Source: a virus (Duplodnaviria; Caudoviricetes). Taken from it: DNA of 64,000 nucleotides. The notes beneath the pieces are model-generated. The model saw only the letters and a list, made by a program, of their open reading frames with translations, was not told the origin of the DNA and searched no databases. The translations under genes were made by a program, and so were the position numbers. The stretch covers positions 128,001 through 192,000 of the IMG/VR virus record IMGVR_UViG_3300031088_000782. One strand, given 5' to 3'. Positions within the stretch are counted from its first letter, which is position 1. Each line of letters starts with the position of its first letter. Positions 47,896 through 55,591 of this stretch are shown piece after piece.

Positions 47896-48885
47896 ATGTC
47901 ACAGTTTATCAAAATGGCTTGGATGTTCTTCTGGCGTATCAGTCTTGTTACCGCCATTCTCGGAGACCTCCATATCCTTGCCAATGCTTTTGTTTCACTT
48001 GCTCTTGCTGGTGTTATTCGATTTGTTTTCAAGAAGACGGTTCCCGTTTTCCCTATTATCAATCTGTTCAAGGGAAACAGTATTTTCAGGAATCATGATG
48101 GAAGTGTTTCTCAGACTAAGCAGAATGTTGATAACACTCCTTATGCCAACAAGACTATCGTTGAGCATCCTGTCTATAATGGACAATTCACAGGATACGA
48201 ACCTATGCCCCTGAGCAATGTTTCTGTCCCTAATCCTCAGCTTGTTGCAAGTATGCGAGGAGTCCCCGGATCTGGTCTTGATTCAGCTATGCATATGGGA
48301 GAAGCAAACATCAAGAGCGGACAGATTGGTGAGGCTAATTTCTCCAAAGCCCTCAGTATCACCAATGTGGGAGGATATAATCAGGGATTCATGGATAATA
48401 ATTCTATTATCAACAATGTCAATAGTTTCTGGTCTGTTGCTATGCCTACCAAAGAAAGTATTTCTGAGCGAGATAACAACAATACAGACATTGACTGTGT
48501 TCTCGTTTCAGGAGATGAAATTCTCCTTGTTGATACGAAGTTTTACAAGTCAGGTGATGTTACCTACAAGGCTCATGAAGATATGATTTACTGTGAGGAT
48601 AACTATAACGGAAACCTTGTCGGACAACCTCATCGCATGACTAAGAACATGCAAATGGCACAAGATCGATTCAAGAAGCATTTCCCGAATATGCGTGTTT
48701 CTTCTATTGTTGTTCTCATGCCTACTGATTCAGGAACGCCTAATATTAAAAACGTCTATTGGCCGGGAAATATCCAAGCTGTAAATGTTTATGATGCTCT
48801 TCGTAGGGCGGGGCAGATGTCTTACAATAAGGCATCCACTGACACTGAAGTTCTTTACAAGATTTCAATGCTCATTAAAAACTAA
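47896..48885 (+). CDS. Membrane-anchored NERD-like PD-(D/E)XK protein
   Basis: N-terminal TM helices; GQIGE...DIDCVLVSGDEILLVDTK. Confidence 0.75.
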   Translation: MSQFIKMAWMFFWRISLVTAILGDLHILANAFVSLALAGVIRFVFKKTVPVFPIINLFKGNSIFRNHDGSVSQTKQNVDNTPYANKTIVEHPVYNGQFTGYEPMPLSNVSVPNPQLVASMRGVPGSGLDSAMHMGEANIKSGQIGEANFSKALSITNVGGYNQGFMDNNSIINNVNSFWSVAMPTKESISERDNNNTDIDCVLVSGDEILLVDTKFYKSGDVTYKAHEDMIYCEDNYNGNLVGQPHRMTKNMQMAQDRFKKHFPNMRVSSIVVLMPTDSGTPNIKNVYWPGNIQAVNVYDALRRAGQMSYNKASTDTEVLYKISMLIKN

Positions 48886-48901
48886 AAATTGCTAAACCCA
48901 A

Positions 48902-48940
48902 AAAGCGGTGTCATCTAAAAATAGGTGGCACCGCTTTTTT
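48902..48940 (+). terminator. Intrinsic terminator
   Basis: AAAAGCGGTGTCATCT/AGGTGGCACCGCTTTTTT. Confidence 0.8.
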
Positions 48941-49001
48941 GATATGATAAATAAAGGTAATAAACATAGAAAAATAAACAACTTCAACAAAAGGAAAATA
49001 C

Positions 49002-49553
49002 ATGACTGACAATAGAACAGATTACGACAAAGTTCTAGAATTTTACACAGCATTCAAACAGGATGAATTCATTCCCTCAAAAGACAAAAAAGCCTCTTTG
49101 GATAAGGATACAATTTCAGAGGACAGATTGAGCCTTAAAATGGATTTGATTGCCGAAGAATTTATTGAACTTATTGAAGCTGTTTACGGACTCAAAGCCG
49201 CTCAAGAATTAGAAGAGGGATGGCTGAAAGCTAAGTCTTTAGATGACGGAACTCGTGACATCGTTGGTGCAGCAGACGCTTTAGGTGATATGAGATATGT
49301 CATTTCTGGTTTAGAAATCGAATCAAACATTCCCTCTACTCTAATTTTTGATGAAATTCATAAATCCAATCTTAGCAAATTAGATGATAACGGAGATCCG
49401 ATTCTTTCAGATGGAATTACACCTGCAGTGCATGATGGAAAAATTAAACCAAAAGGTAAAATTCTTAAAGGAGAAAACTATTTCGAACCAGATTTGCAGG
49501 CAATCATTGATGGACAAGAGCCAGATCGAACTCCTGAATTAAAAAATAAGTAA
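49002..49553 (+). CDS. MazG-like / PRA-PH all-alpha NTP pyrophosphohydrolase
   Basis: LIAEEFIEL, ADALGDMRYV, EIHKSNLSK, KILKGENY. Confidence 0.88.
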   Translation: MTDNRTDYDKVLEFYTAFKQDEFIPSKDKKASLDKDTISEDRLSLKMDLIAEEFIELIEAVYGLKAAQELEEGWLKAKSLDDGTRDIVGAADALGDMRYVISGLEIESNIPSTLIFDEIHKSNLSKLDDNGDPILSDGITPAVHDGKIKPKGKILKGENYFEPDLQAIIDGQEPDRTPELKNK

Positions 49554-49600
49554 TAATTATTTTTTCAAAATAGAATCTACATTAGGAGAGATCTAAAATT

Positions 49601-50296
49601 ATGAAAATAAAATATATTGGAAGGTTTGTTTCATCAACATTGATTGTAGGCTTGTTATTATCAGGATGCACAAGTAACAATACACCTGATGACGAACAAA
49701 CTGCTACCTCTGCACCAACTCAGCAGGAAACAACAGAACAGTCAATTAACAAATTCTTCACTGACTATTACACAACATGGATCAACAATCCTGATTCAGT
49801 AGAAGATTCTATTAAAGTTGACGAAGCTTTTATGGAAATTTTCGGGCCAGAAAATTATGAAGGTTTATATGATACTGCGAATGATCCAGAAAAATTATTT
49901 AAAAAATTAGATGATAAACAAATTAAGGAATTAGCAGATAAACTTGAAGAAATTAATAAAATTTCTAAATTTTATGATTTCCGTAAAACTTCTGATAAAG
50001 ATAGAGCTTATGTTAATTTAACGGCTATAACTTATTCTCAAATGCTTCAAGGAGCAAGCGGGAAAAAAGTTAATGTAACTGTTTCTTCAAATGATAATTT
50101 TGCAATAAAAGATAACTCAATAACAATTCAATCCTCTGATGTAATTTTTGAATTAGACGGAACAAGATTACCTAATAGCAATGAAGAATCAGGAATTGAA
50201 AAAACAAAACTTAATCGTGTTGATGGAAAATGGAAAATTGATGCGTCTGACATGATGAAACAAGTAAACAAAAAGCTCAAAGAAAATAAAAAGTAA
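49601..50296 (+). CDS. Lipoprotein
   Basis: Lipobox LLSGC. Confidence 0.8.
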   Translation: MKIKYIGRFVSSTLIVGLLLSGCTSNNTPDDEQTATSAPTQQETTEQSINKFFTDYYTTWINNPDSVEDSIKVDEAFMEIFGPENYEGLYDTANDPEKLFKKLDDKQIKELADKLEEINKISKFYDFRKTSDKDRAYVNLTAITYSQMLQGASGKKVNVTVSSNDNFAIKDNSITIQSSDVIFELDGTRLPNSNEESGIEKTKLNRVDGKWKIDASDMMKQVNKKLKENKK

Positions 50297-50334
50297 TTTT
50301 AATCTTTAAAAACTGTGGGTGAAGATTGATTAAG

Positions 50335-50363
50335 TTGATCTTCACCCACAGTTCTGATATAAT
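50335..50363 (+). promoter_or_regulatory. sigma70/SigA-type promoter for the ffs-ssrA pair
   Basis: TTGATC-17 nt-TATAAT, overlapping the 3' arm of an upstream hairpin. Confidence 0.75.
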
Positions 50364-50368
50364 GATAA

Positions 50369-50458
50369 TGTAAGAAGCTCAGGTGTGATTTTTTACTCAA
50401 CGGTTCAGGTTGGGAACAAAGCAGACCAAGTAGAATTGAACAGGTTGGACTTCTTACA
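50369..50458 (+). ncRNA. ffs: SRP RNA (4.5S type)
   Basis: Helix-8 signature GGTTCAGG-TTG-GGAA-CAA-AGCAGACCAAG (E. coli GGUCAGG-UCC-GGAA-GGA-AGCAGCCAAG); closing stem TGTAAGAAG/CTTCTTACA. Confidence 0.85.
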
Positions 50459-50463
50459 TATAA

Positions 50464-50813
50464 GGGGATGCATTAGGTTTCGACTTATGATCTGATTATT
50501 AAAAAGCAGGTAGCCATTAAGAAGTTGGCTTTAAAAAATCTTAAACAAATAATTGCAAACGCAAATAAAAACGCTTACGCACTAGCTGCCTGAGCCGTTC
50601 ATATTAGATATATTGTTCTCGATACTAATATGAACGTCATTTTAAGAGAACACTTTACCTGAACTAAGTTTCATAAGGATAAAGTAAAAGAAACTAAACT
50701 AAATATAATTTTTGGCAACAGTTGAAATATTTAGTTAATAAACAGTTGCGAAACCTGTAATTCTTTTTAATATGACAATCGTAAGGACAGGGGTTCGACT
50801 CCCCTCATCTCCA
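50464..50813 (+). ncRNA. ssrA: tmRNA; tag (A)NANKNAYALAA* at 50555-50593
   Basis: GGGGATG...GGTTTCGAC 5' end; GGGGTTCGACTCCCC T arm; CATCTCC-A with G3-U70; tag ends YALAA. Confidence 0.93.
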
Positions 50814-50848
50814 CGATTATTTTTATTTCAAAAACAAGGAGAGCTATT

Positions 50849-51571
50849 ATGAAAAACATAATTGATGAATCAGAAAAAATAGTTGTCCTCACTGGAGCAG
50901 GAGTTTCCACAGAATCAGGAATTCCAGATTTTCAACAAAGAGATGAAAACTGGGAACATGACGTTGATAGGGAAATAGCAACATCTATATGGTATTTCAA
51001 GCAAGAACCGCAAAAATTTTGGAATATTTATAAAGAAATTTTTGGCAGTAAAGCATATGCCAGACCTAACAGATTCCATTATTTTTTAGCCTCATTGCAA
51101 AACAATCATGATATCACTATTGTCACACAAAATGTTGATGGATTACATACAAAAGCCGGAAGCGAAAAAGTTATCGAATCTCATGGGAATCTCAATTATG
51201 TCATATGCTTAAATAAAAATTGTAGACGAAAATACCCTTATGAAAAGTTTTCGAATGATACTCTTCCTACATGCCCTTCTTGTGGAAATATCCTCAAACC
51301 CAATGTGTCTTTATTTGGGGAAGGGATTAATGGATTCTCCGAGGCTAGGGATCTGATCATTGATTCTGATTTGTTAATAATCGCTGGGACAAGCCTAAGA
51401 GTTGGGCCATTTAATGAGCTTCCTCTCTTGTCTCAATACTACTCTCCTCATACGAAAAGATTATGGATAAACAAAGAGACTCCTGAAGAGATAGGCTTAA
51501 TGGAAGAACTGACTTTTCATAAATCATTCAATGGAACCTTTGAAAATTTCATTGACACCTATCATCAATGA
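50849..51571 (+). CDS. Sir2/CobB NAD-dependent deacylase
   Basis: TGAGVSTESGIPDF, TQNVDGLH, SHG, Zn-binding Cys pairs, GTSL. Confidence 0.92.
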   Translation: MKNIIDESEKIVVLTGAGVSTESGIPDFQQRDENWEHDVDREIATSIWYFKQEPQKFWNIYKEIFGSKAYARPNRFHYFLASLQNNHDITIVTQNVDGLHTKAGSEKVIESHGNLNYVICLNKNCRRKYPYEKFSNDTLPTCPSCGNILKPNVSLFGEGINGFSEARDLIIDSDLLIIAGTSLRVGPFNELPLLSQYYSPHTKRLWINKETPEEIGLMEELTFHKSFNGTFENFIDTYHQ

Positions 51572-52839
51572 ATCAGCAAAATAAATTGTTAAACTGTATT
51601 TATGAAAAGTTTGACAAAAATAATGGAGGAAAAGTGCCTAAGCAAGAAAAAACCGGAAGTAGACCAGAATTTGTTGATTCAATTGTAGAAGTATTGAAAA
51701 CAAACGGAACACTTCTCACCGGAATAGCTGTAGTCCTAATCATTCTGACAGGTCTCACTCTTGTCAATAGTCCTGAACAGTGGTGGATAATCGGTGCAGC
51801 AGTCCTTCTTTTTGGCGCAATAATATTTCTTTTCATGAACGCAAGAGTAGTGATAAAAATTTTTGTTGTCTCTATTATAAATATTTTAATGGCTTCCGAA
51901 TCTTTTAAGTTTGGTAGTGCATTTGATCAATATAGCATAGGTGGTCTCATATGGATGTGCGGAACTTTCTTTACATTCTTTATTTTGATTGCTTATAGTT
52001 ACCTAACAAACAGCGGAGCAAGCCGATGGGGATCTATCGGAGTTTCAAGTGTGTTTGGATATGTTTCAACATTCTTACTATCTATGGTGTTTGAATTAGA
52101 TGTAAAAATATCTACTTGTATAGGAGTTCTTATCTCCGGTTTAATTTTCACTTACCTTTATAAAGGAACAAGAAAAACTCGATACTCTAAATTTCGTATG
52201 CCTGCCAATATATTTGATGAAAAAATTGAAGAAAAATTAGTTAAAAGCGCAGAAGAATCCGGGTGGAATATTACTCCATTACCTCATAAAAAAGATTCAA
52301 CATCAGGCGGATTTTTAATTTGGGATGAAAGAGCATACTACCTTTATCCTATTGATATGGATTCTCCGTTTAGCAATATTGGAAGAAAAACTTTTAGACT
52401 AGGGTATTCCAAAAAAGATATCAATCCTTGGCTTCTTAATTTAGCGTTCAAAGAGCCTCCACTATGGCGTTCAAGAGGGGCTAATATAAATGTTGTTCTT
52501 TTAGACATGAACAGTAAAAATGGCTTAGATCATAAAATTATCGGAGTAAGCCTCCCTGACTCAAAGAAAAAACTTCCCATAGGTATTTTCCCAGCAAAAA
52601 TAATTAAAACAGAAAAAGACAGCAAAGTCAGCAAACTTTTTGACAAAATTGATTTGGAAATGTCTCCCTTCACGACTGATCTTAATGAAAAACAGAAAGC
52701 TGCCCTTGGTAGAATAAATAAGACAGAAGAGGATGAAGAAACAGAAATTGTTGATGAAAACAAATCAACTTCTGAAGAAGAATCAAACTCAACCGCCGTA
52801 GAACAGAATCCCAAGGAGGATAACATCGAAAATGATTGA
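51568..52839 (+). CDS. Multi-pass membrane protein with soluble C-terminal domain
   Basis: About 6 hydrophobic segments; translationally coupled to Sir2 and dnaE-N. Confidence 0.75.
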   Translation: MNQQNKLLNCIYEKFDKNNGGKVPKQEKTGSRPEFVDSIVEVLKTNGTLLTGIAVVLIILTGLTLVNSPEQWWIIGAAVLLFGAIIFLFMNARVVIKIFVVSIINILMASESFKFGSAFDQYSIGGLIWMCGTFFTFFILIAYSYLTNSGASRWGSIGVSSVFGYVSTFLLSMVFELDVKISTCIGVLISGLIFTYLYKGTRKTRYSKFRMPANIFDEKIEEKLVKSAEESGWNITPLPHKKDSTSGGFLIWDERAYYLYPIDMDSPFSNIGRKTFRLGYSKKDINPWLLNLAFKEPPLWRSRGANINVVLLDMNSKNGLDHKIIGVSLPDSKKKLPIGIFPAKIIKTEKDSKVSKLFDKIDLEMSPFTTDLNEKQKAALGRINKTEEDEETEIVDENKSTSEEESNSTAVEQNPKEDNIEND

Positions 52840-54310
52840 TTTCGTATCTTTACACACTCACACTCACAGCTCACTGCTTGATGGGTTTTCAACAGAAGAT
52901 GACTATCTCACCAAAGCACAACAACTTGGGCAAAGAGGTTTAGGAGTTTCCGATCATGGAAATCTTCATACTATATACAGCTTTTTGAAAAAATCAAAAG
53001 ATATGGGAATGATAGGTGTTCCAGGATGCGAATTTTATGTTGCTCCAATCAATCCTGATGGAGCAAAAAGGAAATCTTCGGTATTCTATGGACCAGGCGG
53101 AAAAAAATCCGAAAAATACGATGTTTCTTCTAACGGAGCTTATCTTCACCTTACAGTGTGGGCATACAACAATGTAGGATTACACAATCTTTTTAAACTT
53201 TCTACAGCCTCAAACGACCCTACACGTTTTTATCAGAAACCAAGAATTGATTTTGATCTTCTTGTCGACCATTCAGAAGGTCTCATTGTTTCTACTGGAT
53301 GCCCAAGCTCTGAAATCAGCACACGTTTTCTTCTGGGACAAGACGATAAGGCTTATGAATACGCTGGAAGATTAAAAGAGGTCTTTAACGATAGATTATT
53401 TGTTGAGGTCATGGATCACAATATGCCCATTGATCTTGAAAAACAACTTCTCCCTAAGCAACTTGAGTTATCTAAAAAAATGGGAATCCCTCTTTTAGCA
53501 ACAAATGACTGCCATTATGCGGAAAAAGAAGATTACATTTCTCATGAAGAAATGCTTTGTGTTCAGTCAGGAGCAAAAATGAGTGACAGCACATATGATG
53601 AAGGTGGACCAAGATTTGCATTTACAGGTCACGAATACTATCTCAAATCTGCTGAAGAAATGGATAAACTATTTCCCCAGAAGGATTTTCCAGATGCTTT
53701 ATCAAACTCTGTTGCTATTACCGAAATGGCATCAGATATCAGTCTTGAATTCAACCCTAACTTAAAGCCTAAACCAGTCTTACCTCCTGAATTTTCAACA
53801 GAAGTAGAATATTATAAACATCTTATTCAAACAGGATTCAAAGAACGTTATGGAAATGCCCCAATCGAAGTAAAGAGAGAAGCTGTCAAAAGGAACAAAA
53901 AAGAATTCGACGTTATCTACTCATCTGATTTCATTGGGTATATGCTTGTTGTGCGAGATTACATTCAATTCGCACGAGATAATTTTTCAACAAAAAACGT
54001 GCAAGATGAAATAATTGCACTTGGCGTTGGCAGTGGGAGGGGATCAGTTGGTGGAAGTATTCACGCCTACGAATTAGGTATTTCTGAAGTCGATCCAATC
54101 AAGCATGATCTCATTTTTGAAAGATTCTTGTCAGCCGGTCGTGGAGCTACTTATTTGTTAGAATATGATGACGGAAGTACAGAAGAGATTATTGTATCTG
54201 ACAAAAAGAATGTTTTATCAGATGATAGCGAAGAAGCCTCTCGAAAATACATTCATCAACTTCAAGTGGGCGATAAAATAGTTGTAGATGATGATACTAA
54301 TAATGAGTAA
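52832..54310 (+). CDS. dnaE: DNA polymerase III alpha, N-terminal fragment (PHP and first palm part) plus 54-aa tail
   Basis: LHTHTHSSLLDG, SDHGNL, TNDCHY, GSGRGSVGGS, FERFL; ends before the PD.D motif. Confidence 0.93.
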   Translation: MIDFVSLHTHTHSSLLDGFSTEDDYLTKAQQLGQRGLGVSDHGNLHTIYSFLKKSKDMGMIGVPGCEFYVAPINPDGAKRKSSVFYGPGGKKSEKYDVSSNGAYLHLTVWAYNNVGLHNLFKLSTASNDPTRFYQKPRIDFDLLVDHSEGLIVSTGCPSSEISTRFLLGQDDKAYEYAGRLKEVFNDRLFVEVMDHNMPIDLEKQLLPKQLELSKKMGIPLLATNDCHYAEKEDYISHEEMLCVQSGAKMSDSTYDEGGPRFAFTGHEYYLKSAEEMDKLFPQKDFPDALSNSVAITEMASDISLEFNPNLKPKPVLPPEFSTEVEYYKHLIQTGFKERYGNAPIEVKREAVKRNKKEFDVIYSSDFIGYMLVVRDYIQFARDNFSTKNVQDEIIALGVGSGRGSVGGSIHAYELGISEVDPIKHDLIFERFLSAGRGATYLLEYDDGSTEEIIVSDKKNVLSDDSEEASRKYIHQLQVGDKIVVDDDTNNE

Positions 54311-54337
54311 TATAAACAACAAAGGAAGCAAGGTAAA

Positions 54338-55420
54338 ATGAGCGAAGAACAATATGTAGAGCTGTATAAAAAATACAAGCCTCAAACATGGGACGATCTT
54401 GTTGGACAAACGAAGACTGCTAGATCCCTACAGACAGCTGTGGTTAACAATAAAATTCCTACTGCTTTCCTATTTCTTGGTCCGAGAGGAACTGGAAAAA
54501 CTAGTTCCGCGTTTCTTTTAGCTAAATCACTCAATTGCCAAAATCCCATTAAAGGAGGGAATCCTTGCAATATTTGTGAAACATGCATAAGTATTGACGA
54601 AGGTTCACAAATTGGTATCAATTATGAATCAATGGCAAATCGTGGCTCTGTTGATGATGTAAGATCTATTGTACAGAAAGCAAAACTTAGTCAACCTGTG
54701 AAAAAACAAGTATGGATTCTTGATGAGATACATAATCTTTCCAAAGCAGCTTTTGACGCTCTTCTTATCCCTCTTGAAGATAAAAACATGCCATCTCTTT
54801 TCATTTTTTGTTCAACAGAAGCTGATAAAATTCCTGCGACAATTACCTCCAGAGTCCAACAGAGAAGGCTTGTATTGGTTTCGCCAGAAGATATGCTTCC
54901 CTATTTACAAAACATTAGAGACAAAGAAAATCTTGACTGCGGAGAAGAAGATCTGACAGAAGCAATCAGGCAGGGGAGAGGATCGGTTAGAGATACCCTG
55001 AGTGCCCTTGAATCGCTCTTATCAACCGGAGAAACCACTTCTTCGTTCGGTGGTGCCATGCTGGAATCTATCGCCTCACACAGCCTTCCAGACGCTCTCA
55101 AAGTCACTGCGGATGCTATTCACGAAGGATACGATGGAAGAGATTTGGCAGAACAACTTTTCTCTGATTTGAGGGATCTTCTATTACTTGTTTCAGGAGT
55201 TGACAAGTCAGTTGCAGGAACAATAAATGTTTCAGATGTGAGATCTGTTGCGAAAGGTTTAATAGGAAAAACAGGAATCGCAATAGTAGCAGAAGAAATA
55301 GCTGACGCAATAACACATATGACGCTTGGATCTGATTCAAGAATACATTTTGAAATTGCATTAGTTAAATCAATCACTAAATTAAATAAACTTCAAAAAG
55401 CAGTTGATGCTAAAAGTTAA
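54338..55420 (+). CDS. dnaX: DNA polymerase III gamma/tau clamp-loader ATPase (gamma-length)
   Basis: KYKPQTWDDLVGQ, GPRGTGKTS, Zn C4 motif, ILDEIH, TITSRVQ. Confidence 0.93.
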   Translation: MSEEQYVELYKKYKPQTWDDLVGQTKTARSLQTAVVNNKIPTAFLFLGPRGTGKTSSAFLLAKSLNCQNPIKGGNPCNICETCISIDEGSQIGINYESMANRGSVDDVRSIVQKAKLSQPVKKQVWILDEIHNLSKAAFDALLIPLEDKNMPSLFIFCSTEADKIPATITSRVQQRRLVLVSPEDMLPYLQNIRDKENLDCGEEDLTEAIRQGRGSVRDTLSALESLLSTGETTSSFGGAMLESIASHSLPDALKVTADAIHEGYDGRDLAEQLFSDLRDLLLLVSGVDKSVAGTINVSDVRSVAKGLIGKTGIAIVAEEIADAITHMTLGSDSRIHFEIALVKSITKLNKLQKAVDAKS

Positions 55421-55451
55421 ATTGTAACATAATATAAATTCATAACACTCA

Positions 55452-55497
55452 AATGCTAAGGAATACGGAAAATAAAACTTCTGTACCCTTAGCATTT
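55452..55497 (+). terminator. Hairpin/terminator between dnaX and dnaE-C
   Basis: AAATGCTAAGG/CCTTAGCATTT. Confidence 0.6.
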
Positions 55498-55591
55498 ATT
55501 GAATTCATGTGATATAAGATATTTAATCTGTTCATGAATTTTTTGATAAGATACTCATGTATAAAATATGTAATAAATAGGAGAGGTTACT

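Noticed and set aside
54338-55420. tau/gamma programmed frameshift in dnaX
   Set aside because: The gene is gamma-length with no downstream tau domain frame to shift into
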